Of a stretch of 64,000 bases of DNA, positions 55,635 through 64,000 are shown in pieces. Each line of letters begins with the position of its first letter. Positions within the stretch are counted from its first letter, which is position 1. Source of the stretch: an archaeon UBA583 (lineage in GTDB: Archaea; Nanobdellota; Nanobdellia; Woesearchaeales; UBA583); assembly GCA_002506365.1 (NCBI GenBank), contig DAXK01000048.1, forward strand, positions 18,627 through 82,626. The letters run 5' to 3'. The notes beneath the pieces were generated by a model. It worked only from the letters and a program-made list of their open reading frames with translations. It had not been told where the DNA came from and did no database searches. The translations under genes and the position numbers were made by a program.

Positions 55635-56714
55635 TTAATTATTTTCATTAATCTCATACTTTGCATTACTCTCATTTAATTGTCTATTTACTCTAATAAA
55701 AGTTGCTCTTTTCGCAAATTCTTTTAACTTTCTAGCTCCAATATAAGTTCCAGTGCTACGCAAACTTCCAAACAAATCTGATAAAAAATATTCCATACTT
55801 CCCTTATGAGGAATCAAAGTATATCTTCCCTCTGACGCTCTATGAGAATCCTTTTGTCCATAATTAACCAACATTGCTTTATTAGAACTTGAACCATAAT
55901 ACTCTTTGAATAATTTTCCATTCATCTCAACAGTTTCTCCTCCAGACTCCTCAAATCCAGAAAATAAACTTCCACACATATTAAAATCAGCACCACCACA
56001 ATAAGCTTTAGCAATACAACTTGGATGAACTTGACCACCATCAGCAATAATTAGTCCACAATGTCCTTTAGGATTTGAAATTCCATGAGCTGCATCAGAA
56101 CACTCAATCACCGCAGAAAGTTGCGGATATCCAACTCCCGTCATTTTTCTAGTTGTGCAAGCTGACCCTGGTCCAATTCCAACCTTAACTATGTCAGCCC
56201 CATTTAAAATAATTTCTTCAGTCATTTCATTAGATACAACATTTCCAGCTATAATAATATGTTCAGGTAATAACTCCCTAACTAATCTAATAGTTTCCAA
56301 AAATTTTTCTAAATAGCCATTTGGAACATCAATACACACAAAAGAAAAATTATCCATTAACTTATTATCAATCATAACTTTTAATTGTTCAATATCTCTA
56401 TCTCTAATACCTAAAGTATAACTAACATAATCAGGATTACTAAACGAAGAAAAAAATTCTTTATATTCAGAAATAGTATAATATTTGTGAAATGTCGTAA
56501 TAATTTTATGCTTTGATAAAACTCTCGCAGTTGAAAAAGTTCCACAACTTGCCATATTTGCAGTCATAATTGGAATTCCAGTCCATTTTTTAGGAGAATG
56601 ATAAAAAGAAAAAGTTCTCGTCAAATCTACATCCTTTCTGGATTCCATTGTGCTTCTTTTTGGTTTTAATAGCACATCACAATAATCTAACATAACTTCA
56701 TTAATAATTCTCAT
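55635..56714 (-). CDS. guaC: GMP reductase
   Basis: LDYCDVLLKPKRSTMESRKDVDLTRTF and VKVGIGPGSACTTRKMTGVGYPQLSAV match GuaC type 1. Confidence 0.85.
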   Translation of the reverse strand: MRIINEVMLDYCDVLLKPKRSTMESRKDVDLTRTFSFYHSPKKWTGIPIMTANMASCGTFSTARVLSKHKIITTFHKYYTISEYKEFFSSFSNPDYVSYTLGIRDRDIEQLKVMIDNKLMDNFSFVCIDVPNGYLEKFLETIRLVRELLPEHIIIAGNVVSNEMTEEIILNGADIVKVGIGPGSACTTRKMTGVGYPQLSAVIECSDAAHGISNPKGHCGLIIADGGQVHPSCIAKAYCGGADFNMCGSLFSGFEESGGETVEMNGKLFKEYYGSSSNKAMLVNYGQKDSHRASEGRYTLIPHKGSMEYFLSDLFGSLRSTGTYIGARKLKEFAKRATFIRVNRQLNESNAKYEINENN

Positions 56715-56756
56715 ACCACTCCATTTATGATTTTGATAGTATATAAATTTATCTGA

Positions 56757-57689
56757 TTAAATTTTAGTAAAAAAACTATATTTATCCACTAAACTTTCTG
56801 GCACATAACCTACAACTTTTTTAAAACCTAAATCTTTGGCAACTTTAGACCTTGTATGTCCATCAAATAATATTAACTTTTCTTTACTTGACCTTACACA
56901 ATTTACAATAATTGGACTAACTTTATTAAAATCTTGAAAAAAATTTGTAACTTTACTAACTCTTCCATTATCATCTTTAAAATAAGGTAGACAATTTATA
57001 TCAATATAACACAAAATAAAATTTCCATTTTTCCCAATCGAAGACTTTACATTATTAACACTAATTAAAGTTCCATCATCATGAATATTATTAGTTGATT
57101 CATTTAATTGATTAACATATTCAAGCATTTCATTATAATTTAACTCTTTTTTAAAACCATTAAACGTTTTTTTAGTAAAATATCTTGAAACACTAAAACT
57201 CTCCTCAATAACCTTATTAAAATCTTTAGATTTATGATTAAATACAATTTCATAACTTTCAAAATAAACTTTAATCTCATCAGTTTTTGGAAAAACTAAA
57301 ATATCTCTTTTCTCAAGAGTTTCAATACTTCCAATAACCTCAATATTATTAAAACTACAAAATCTATAAATTTGTTTAATATCCTTACCACCAACTAAAA
57401 CAGCAAACAAATTATCCTTTTGACTAAACTTTAATTTTGCTTCATTAATATCATTTTCAACAAAATTTTCCACATGGATTAAACACCCCTCACCAAATCT
57501 ATTAAATAAATAAATCCCATTACAATTAGAATAATTACACGATAAAATTGGTGTAGAATTAGAATAAAAAAATCTATTCTCTAAATGCCATAACTCTAAA
57601 ACATTCCCAACAAATTTTAAATCTTTTTTAACTTTAAAAAAACAATAATCCAAATGTTTTCCAAAATCTAAATGTTCATCAAAGTCCAT
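56757..57689 (-). CDS. hypothetical protein with a C-terminal ParB/Srx-like (DGHxR) domain
   Basis: LILFDGHTRSKVAKDLGFKKVVGYV resembles the ParB N-terminal-domain motif. The N-terminal 230 aa are unassigned. Confidence 0.4.
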   Translation of the reverse strand: MDFDEHLDFGKHLDYCFFKVKKDLKFVGNVLELWHLENRFFYSNSTPILSCNYSNCNGIYLFNRFGEGCLIHVENFVENDINEAKLKFSQKDNLFAVLVGGKDIKQIYRFCSFNNIEVIGSIETLEKRDILVFPKTDEIKVYFESYEIVFNHKSKDFNKVIEESFSVSRYFTKKTFNGFKKELNYNEMLEYVNQLNESTNNIHDDGTLISVNNVKSSIGKNGNFILCYIDINCLPYFKDDNGRVSKVTNFFQDFNKVSPIIVNCVRSSKEKLILFDGHTRSKVAKDLGFKKVVGYVPESLVDKYSFFTKI

Positions 57690-57854
57690 AATAACAATGA
57701 AATAATATTTATTTTAAATATTTGTATACTTAAAAAATAATAAAAACTATTTTTAAAAATTATTTATTTTTTTATCAAAAATTATATTTATTCTTTTTTA
57801 AGTATTTACTTAGTGAATACGATTATATATAAATCAAAATAATTCTAAATTCGT

Positions 57855-58163
57855 ATGATTGAAACAACACCATATGCAATTGGATTTATAGTATATGTCA
57901 TATTTAACTTAATAACATTTGATGTATACTCAAAAGGAAAAGAATATGTGAACCATATTGTGTTATATATGATTTATATTTATTATACCTTATTAGCAGG
58001 ATATGTAATTAATTTAGTAGATACAGCAAACGGAGAAGATGCTCTAATCATTTTTCTTCAAGTATTAGTCTATGCTATTGCTGGAGGATTATTTATGGTA
58101 TATCACTATAAATACGAAATTTCAAAAAATAAAAAATTTCAAGACAAAGAAGGAAGTTTTTAA
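57855..58163 (+). CDS. small membrane protein (3 TM)
   Basis: 102 aa with three hydrophobic helices. Confidence 0.45.
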   Translation: MIETTPYAIGFIVYVIFNLITFDVYSKGKEYVNHIVLYMIYIYYTLLAGYVINLVDTANGEDALIIFLQVLVYAIAGGLFMVYHYKYEISKNKKFQDKEGSF

Positions 58164-58312
58164 CTTCAAACTTAATTTTTTTTAATTTGACTTATTTTCC
58201 AAAAAATTAAATTTGAATACTTCAAGTATCCAAACTACTTAAATTTCACATTATATAATTAATATTATATAACTTAAAATAACTTATATTAAAAATGATA
58301 TATTAAATATTT

Positions 58313-58876
58313 TTAATCAACAATTTCATTTCTTAAAAGAAATTCTTTAATTAATTCTCCAGAAACATTTTTCATAGAGTAATCATAATTATTAAACTTT
58401 TTAGATTTTAAAAATTCTACAAACTCCTCTCTTTGAGATAATGGCATAAACCCCCAAAACTTAACTGTTTCGCATTCAAAATCAGTATCACAATGTCCAA
58501 CTCGCAAATCTTGTTTTGGAGCGGTAGTTTTTTCCTTTGGAACAATTGAATTTACAAACTTATGTAATGGACAAGCTAAACACCCTTCCCCAAAATCTAC
58601 TAAATTCATACAAACTCCAGACTCAGACACTTCATCAGCAGCAAATCTATCTTTAAAAGTTTTCAAATCTTCTTCAGATTTATTTCCCTCAGTATAAATT
58701 TCTTTAAAATCATTAGAATTTAACCAAATATCATTTTCAATATCTTCCTTACTTGACCAATCATCACCACAACAACCATAACAAGATAATTTTAAATCCT
58801 TTAACTGACAAGGATAAGCTTTCATTAAATCTTGTTTTTCAGAATTAAAACTTTTTTGATTATTATTTTCAGTCAT
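58313..58876 (-). CDS. Cys-rich protein, YkgJ/UPF0153-like metal-cluster motifs (paralog 2)
   Basis: YPCQLKDLKLSCYGCCG, GVCMNLVDFGEGCLACPLH, VGHCDTDFECETVKFW. Confidence 0.55.
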   Translation of the reverse strand: MTENNNQKSFNSEKQDLMKAYPCQLKDLKLSCYGCCGDDWSSKEDIENDIWLNSNDFKEIYTEGNKSEEDLKTFKDRFAADEVSESGVCMNLVDFGEGCLACPLHKFVNSIVPKEKTTAPKQDLRVGHCDTDFECETVKFWGFMPLSQREEFVEFLKSKKFNNYDYSMKNVSGELIKEFLLRNEIVD

Positions 58877-58929
58877 TTCTAATTAAAAAAACCTTTTTGT
58901 ATTTAAAAAGTAAAGTTTTTACTAAAAAT

Positions 58930-59490
58930 CTACTCCAAATCTTCAAACTCAAATCTTCGCCTAAAAAATTCTTGAATTAACTCTCCAGAAATATTTAACA
59001 TTGAATAATTATGATTATCAAACTCTTTACTTTGTAAAAATCTAATAAATGCTTTTCTTTCATTTAACTCCATATTACACCAAAACTTAACAGTTTCACA
59101 CTCAAATTCAGTATCACAAAATCCTACACGTAAATCTTGTTTTGGAGCAATAGTTTTTTTAGAAGATACAACTAAATTTACAAATGGATGTAATGGACAA
59201 GCAACACAACTATCTTTAAAATCAACTAAATTTCTACAAACTCCACTAGATAAGGTATCTTTAATACCATACCTATCACGAAACGATTTTAAATTTTCAT
59301 CGGACTTTTCTTTATCTAAATAATATTTTTTAAAATCATAATTATTTTTCTCTAAATCAGAATTAATTTGTGAACTAGAACTTAGTCCATTTCTACAACA
59401 ACCATAACAAGACAAACTTAAATCCTTTAATTGACAAGGATAAGAATTCATCAAATTCATTTCGTCCTCTTGCTCACAATCTTTAATCAT
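58930..59490 (-). CDS. Cys-rich protein, YkgJ/UPF0153-like metal-cluster motifs (paralog 1)
   Basis: YPCQLKDLSLSCYGCC, GVCRNLVDFKDSCVACPLH, VGFCDTEFECETVKFW. By eye more than half the residues are identical to the downstream paralog. Confidence 0.55.
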   Translation of the reverse strand: MIKDCEQEDEMNLMNSYPCQLKDLSLSCYGCCRNGLSSSSQINSDLEKNNYDFKKYYLDKEKSDENLKSFRDRYGIKDTLSSGVCRNLVDFKDSCVACPLHPFVNLVVSSKKTIAPKQDLRVGFCDTEFECETVKFWCNMELNERKAFIRFLQSKEFDNHNYSMLNISGELIQEFFRRRFEFEDLE

Positions 59491-59519
59491 TTCAAAATAA
59501 AAAATAAAGTTTTGTTAAA

Positions 59520-61505
59520 TTAACAAACTTTTCCTGGAATCTTTTTATCAACAGACACACCAGAAACTTCCTTTCCAGAAAATGAAACTTTCCCATTTTC
59601 ATCTCCAAACATTTCAACCTTCTTAAAAGCCTTAGAATTAATAATTTTCTCATTATCAGCAACATCAGAACCAACCTTTAAATTACTTCCAACATCTAAT
59701 TCACTTGATAATAAACCACAATCATTTTCATCCTCACAAGCTAAAATCATCCCATTTGAATCATAACCCCCAAGCTTTGCAGGCTTTAAATTCGTAATAA
59801 CAATAACCTTTCTATTTTCTAATTGTTCTAAAGTATATAATGTTTGTAAGCCAGAAACAATTTGTCTCTTTTCATTTCCTAAATTTACTTGAATAATATA
59901 TAACTTATCAGAATCTGGATGTTTTGAAACTTCATCAATTTGTCCAACCTTTAAATTTAATTTAGCAAATCCTTCTCTAGGTTTCTCAACTTCAACAGCT
60001 GGCTTCTCCAATTTAATTCTTTCAAATAAATTTTCCTTAGCTCCTAACTTATGCCCCGCAGGTAAAAATTCAACCTCAAACTTATTATTATTTTTAACAT
60101 TAAACTGTTTAAATAACAATTCAGTTTTAGACGGAATAATACAATTTGTATACTTACCAAAATAAATACAAGCTGAACATAAAACATTCATAATAGTCCC
60201 TAATCTCTTCTCATCAGATTCAGCCCAAGGAGATACTTTATTCACATAAGCATTAGTATCTCTAATTGCAGTCCATAAAACAGTAAAAGCTTTAGTATAT
60301 TCTAAATTTTGCATCAAAGAATTAAACTCCTCATAAATTGAAATACTAGAAATTAACTCTTTATCAACATCCTCTAATTCTCCAATTTCAGGCATTCCTT
60401 CACTAAATGGTTTAGAAGTCATAGCATGAACTCTTGAAACTAAATTCCCAAAATCATTATTTAATTCATTATTAACTTTTTCAATAAACATTTTTTCAGA
60501 AAAATTCATATCTTCCCCAAAACTTCCACCAGTAATTAAAAAATACTTAAACTCCTCAACACCAAACTTTTTAGAAAACTTTAAAGGATCAATAACATTT
60601 CCAAGAGATTTACTCATCTTATGTCCATTTTCATCTAAAATCATCCCATGAGCAAAAACTGATTTTGGCATTTGCATATCAACGGACATTAAAAAAGCTG
60701 GCCAATATACCTCATGAAACCACTTAATATCTTTTCCAATCATATGAACATTACAAGGCCAAAAATCCATCTTATCATTATTCTCAAGCGCTGACATATA
60801 ATTAAATAATGCATCAAACCAAACATAAGTTACATGAGTTGAATCAAAAGGTAACTCAATTCCCCACTCTAACTTATCCTTTGATCTAGAAATTGAAATA
60901 TCTCTTAATCCCTCTTTAACTCTATTAATTGTTTCTTGTGCTTTAGACTTAGGTTTTAAAAAATCTGTTTCTTCATAAAATTTTAATAACTTATCTTCAT
61001 ACTTTGATAACTTAAAAAAATAATTTTCCTCTGAAACTGTTTCACATTCCTTTTTATGATCTGGACAAATATTTCCTTCTAATAAATCATCTTCCTCAAC
61101 ATACTTCTCACATCCAACACAATATAAACCTTCATAAGATCCTTTGTAAATATCCCCATTATCAAATGCTTTTTGTAACATTTTTGACACAAATACTTTA
61201 TGATCTTCATCAGTAGTTCTTACAAAATAATCATTAGAAATATTTAATTTAGTTAATAACTGTTTAAACTGAGGAACCATTAAATCAACAAACTCTTTTG
61301 GAGACTTATTTATCTTCTCAGCATTTTCAACAATTTTTTGACCATGTTCATCAGTCCCTGTTAAAAAAAAAACTTCCTTTCCAATATCTCTATTCCATCT
61401 AGCTAAAACATCACACGCAATAGAAGTATAAGCGTGACCTAAATGTGGTTTTCCACTCGCATAATAAATTGGAGTAGTAATAAAAAATTTATTATTATTA
61501 TTCAT
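59520..61505 (-). CDS. metG: methionyl-tRNA synthetase with a C-terminal Trbp111/EMAPII-like tRNA-binding domain
   Basis: The track start is upstream, with ATG at 61505. PIYYASGKPHLGHAYT (HIGH), HKMSKSLGN (KMSKS), Zn knuckle CVGCEKY...CPDH, and C-terminal LKVGQIDEVSKHPDSDKLYIIQVNLG. Confidence 0.95.
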   Translation of the reverse strand: MNNNNKFFITTPIYYASGKPHLGHAYTSIACDVLARWNRDIGKEVFFLTGTDEHGQKIVENAEKINKSPKEFVDLMVPQFKQLLTKLNISNDYFVRTTDEDHKVFVSKMLQKAFDNGDIYKGSYEGLYCVGCEKYVEEDDLLEGNICPDHKKECETVSEENYFFKLSKYEDKLLKFYEETDFLKPKSKAQETINRVKEGLRDISISRSKDKLEWGIELPFDSTHVTYVWFDALFNYMSALENNDKMDFWPCNVHMIGKDIKWFHEVYWPAFLMSVDMQMPKSVFAHGMILDENGHKMSKSLGNVIDPLKFSKKFGVEEFKYFLITGGSFGEDMNFSEKMFIEKVNNELNNDFGNLVSRVHAMTSKPFSEGMPEIGELEDVDKELISSISIYEEFNSLMQNLEYTKAFTVLWTAIRDTNAYVNKVSPWAESDEKRLGTIMNVLCSACIYFGKYTNCIIPSKTELLFKQFNVKNNNKFEVEFLPAGHKLGAKENLFERIKLEKPAVEVEKPREGFAKLNLKVGQIDEVSKHPDSDKLYIIQVNLGNEKRQIVSGLQTLYTLEQLENRKVIVITNLKPAKLGGYDSNGMILACEDENDCGLLSSELDVGSNLKVGSDVADNEKIINSKAFKKVEMFGDENGKVSFSGKEVSGVSVDKKIPGKVC

Positions 61506-61546
61506 AATAAATATTAACAAATTAGACTTTAAAAACCTATTTAGAA

Positions 61547-62047
61547 TTACTTTAATATTTCACGCAAATTATTAATTATAATTTGTTTTTTTCCATCATC
61601 AACTGGCAAAATTACTTTTAAATTTTGACCACCAAAAATCCATTTAATCTTATTATTAGTAATTAAAGGAATCTTAAGGGAATGTGGAATTTTTCCACCA
61701 ACCATCTTTAAATCTAAATACCTTAAAAATTCACTCTTTAAAATATCCTCATATAAAACCAATCTTAAATCAACTGAATTTCTAATAGCAATACCAATAT
61801 CTGTAAAAAAAACATCAACACCTCTATCAAAAACCTTATAATTTGCTAAAATATTTGATGACTTAAACTCCTCATCAGAAATTTGTTGAAATAATTTTTC
61901 CTTATTTTCTCGATATTCATCAAGACTCAATAAAGCAAAAACTCCCCAACTAAGAATTAATCCTAAAAATAAAATAAAAATAATCATACTTACCTTAAAA
62001 CTCAATGAACCTAATTCAAATGCAGTTAAAAGATAAGATATGACCAT
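61547..62047 (-). CDS. membrane-anchored hypothetical protein
   Basis: Two N-terminal hydrophobic segments. The start overlaps the ATPase stop by 1 nt (TAATG). Confidence 0.45.
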   Translation of the reverse strand: MVISYLLTAFELGSLSFKVSMIIFILFLGLILSWGVFALLSLDEYRENKEKLFQQISDEEFKSSNILANYKVFDRGVDVFFTDIGIAIRNSVDLRLVLYEDILKSEFLRYLDLKMVGGKIPHSLKIPLITNNKIKWIFGGQNLKVILPVDDGKKQIIINNLREILK

Positions 62048-64000
62048 TAGTCCTCAAACCACCCAAACTTTTTACGAATATTAATTCCAACAAAATTAAA
62101 CATAAATACAAGACCTGTTGCAACAAAAATTAAAAACCATTCAAATTGACCTAAAGGCACAACATTAAATAACTTTGAAATAACTGGAACATATAAAACT
62201 AATAAATGTAAACCTAAACTTGAAACAATTGCCCAAAACAAATACATATTAGAAAATAATCCTAAACCAAATTCACTCCTAATTGAATAAATTCTCACCA
62301 TCTCCATCATAACAATCGCAGTAAAAGCAATAGTTTGTAACTTAATAATATCCCAACCTAAAGTTGAACCATATTTAATTAATCCTAAAATAGAAATACA
62401 AATTAAAATTGCAACATACACAACATTAAATGCCATAGTTTTATCCATAATACTCTCACTAGACTTTTTAGGTTTAGAATCCATTAAAGTTTTAGAATAT
62501 GGGTCAACACTTAAAGCAAGTGCAGGTAATCCATCAGTAACTAAATTTAACCAAACTAACATCACAGCAGTCATTGGAAGTGGCATATTTAAAATGATAG
62601 CAAAAAACACAACAAACACTTCAGCTAAATTTGAAGAAAATAAATAATTAATAAACTTCTTTAAATTTTCATAAATTCCTCTACCTTCCTCAACAGCTTT
62701 AACAATTGTTGTAAATTTATCATCAAGTAAAATCATATCAGAAGCTTCCTTTGAAACATCAGTCCCATTAATCCCCATAGCAACACCAATGTCAGCCTTT
62801 TTAATTGCTGGAGCATCATTTACTCCATCCCCAGTCATCGCAACCACATTTCCTTGAGATTGTAATATTCTTACAATCTCCATTTTATGCTCAGGTGCAA
62901 CTCTTGCAAAAATATTTGTATTTTTTAAAACATCTCTTTTCTTAACATCAGATAACTTTTCAAAATCAACTCCCAACATACCATTCCCAACAATTCCAAT
63001 CTTTTTAGCAATTCCTTGCGCAGTATTTAAATTATCTCCCGTAATCATAATTACACGAATTCCAGCAGTATGACATCTAGCAATTGATTCTTTAACTTCC
63101 TTATGAGGTTGATCCATCATTACCTGTAATCCAACAAAAACTAAATCTTCTTCAATATTTTTAGAATTAAACTCTTTATATGCAAACCCTAAAACTCTTA
63201 ATGCTTCATCAGCATAATTTATATTTTGTTTTAAAATAATTTCCTTATCTTTATTAGTTATCTTTCTAACTTTCCCATTATCTAATATCTTATTACAAAT
63301 ATTCAAAACATTCTCTGGAGCACCTTTTGTAAAAACTAATTTTTCCTTAGTTTCAACATTTTCTCTAACAACACTCATTAATTTTCTTGTAGAATCAAAA
63401 GGAACTTCATCAATTCTTTTCCAGTTTTTTCTTAAATGCTCAAAATCAATCCCATACTTTTTCCCGGATACAACCAAAGCTCCCTCAGTTGGATCTCCGG
63501 TAATAGTCCAATGCCCATCCTTTTTCAAAACAGTAGACTCACTCGCATTAATTCCAATCTCAAATAATCTTTTTTCAATTGACTTGTCAACTTTTCCATT
63601 AGGATTATACCCTGTCCCAGTAACCTCTGACTCATTATCTATTGTCCAAACATTTCTAACAGTCATTTTATTCTCAGTTAAAGTTCCAGTTTTATCTGTA
63701 CAAATAATATTAGTTCCACCTAATGTTTCAACTGAATCTAACTTTCTCATTAAAGCATTTTGAGAAACCATCTTTTTAACTCCAATAGCTAAAGCAACAG
63801 TTACAATTGCCGGTAATCCTGAAGGCACAGCAGCAACTGCTAAACTAATCGCAACTAAAAACCACTTCTCACTAGCAGCACTAATAAATCCTGCTACATC
63901 ACCTGAAAATAATAAACTTAAAAATCCTGCTTTATATGTTCCCATAAAAAATACAATAAAACAAATAATAATAATTCCAAATCCGATTTTTTTTCCAAAT
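62047..64000 (-). CDS. P-type cation-transporting ATPase (P2, Ca2+-ATPase-like), 5' end beyond the window
   Basis: ICTDKTGTLT phosphorylation motif, MITGDN, GDGVNDAPAIKKADIG. The frame stays open upstream of the track Met to position 64000. Confidence 0.9.
   Translation of the reverse strand, partial: FGKKIGFGIIIICFIVFFMGTYKAGFLSLLFSGDVAGFISAASEKWFLVAISLAVAAVPSGLPAIVTVALAIGVKKMVSQNALMRKLDSVETLGGTNIICTDKTGTLTENKMTVRNVWTIDNESEVTGTGYNPNGKVDKSIEKRLFEIGINASESTVLKKDGHWTITGDPTEGALVVSGKKYGIDFEHLRKNWKRIDEVPFDSTRKLMSVVRENVETKEKLVFTKGAPENVLNICNKILDNGKVRKITNKDKEIILKQNINYADEALRVLGFAYKEFNSKNIEEDLVFVGLQVMMDQPHKEVKESIARCHTAGIRVIMITGDNLNTAQGIAKKIGIVGNGMLGVDFEKLSDVKKRDVLKNTNIFARVAPEHKMEIVRILQSQGNVVAMTGDGVNDAPAIKKADIGVAMGINGTDVSKEASDMILLDDKFTTIVKAVEEGRGIYENLKKFINYLFSSNLAEVFVVFFAIILNMPLPMTAVMLVWLNLVTDGLPALALSVDPYSKTLMDSKPKKSSESIMDKTMAFNVVYVAILICISILGLIKYGSTLGWDIIKLQTIAFTAIVMMEMVRIYSIRSEFGLGLFSNMYLFWAIVSSLGLHLLVLYVPVISKLFNVVPLGQFEWFLIFVATGLVFMFNFVGINIRKKFGWFED

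Noticed and set aside
1-64000. Search for CRISPR arrays, rRNA genes, transposases, integrases, reverse transcriptases or prophage blocks
   Set aside because: I saw no regularly spaced direct repeats, no long GC-enriched structured RNA apart from the single tRNA, and no ORF with DDE, tyrosine- or serine-recombinase, or RT motifs.

Overview
Very AT-rich 64 kb window (GC looks well under one third by eye), densely packed with about 70 protein genes and one tRNA. I found no rRNA, CRISPR array, transposase or integrase. Informational genes point to an archaeon: aIF6, RNase P Pop5/Rpp14-type subunit, Nog1-type GTPase, a Nip7-like PUA protein, TTTATA-type promoter boxes and a tRNA-Thr with U73. The AT richness, compactness, many ORFans and many nucleotide-salvage genes suggest a small-genome DPANN-like lineage, which is inference. 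Confident housekeeping calls are gyrA, topA, thrS, metG, gdhA, Fe/Mn SOD, tag, guaC, a P-type ATPase (runs off the 3' edge), RimK, Nudix and HAD enzymes. The strongest candidate for an undescribed system is at 14.1-18.4 kb. It holds two radical-SAM enzymes (one with a full SPASM motif), an HxsD-like small protein, a 392-aa ORFan translationally overlapped with it, and a 102-aa signal-peptide-bearing His-rich peptide. This resembles the uncharacterised His-Xaa-Ser (Hxs) peptide-maturation system. Other notable items: a deoxyhypusine-hydroxylase-like protein with all four His-Glu motifs, a GCS2 ligase/AstE-like/decayed PLP-decarboxylase operon, a Nudix/MoaA-like rSAM/NDK-HD fusion cluster, a bacterial-type gpsA, a eukaryote-type pyrimidine 5'-nucleotidase, several translationally coupled paralog arrays, and structured non-coding regions. 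All homology statements come from motif recognition by eye, with no searches run. Several track ORFs start at TTG/GTG upstream of a better ATG, and I trimmed those.
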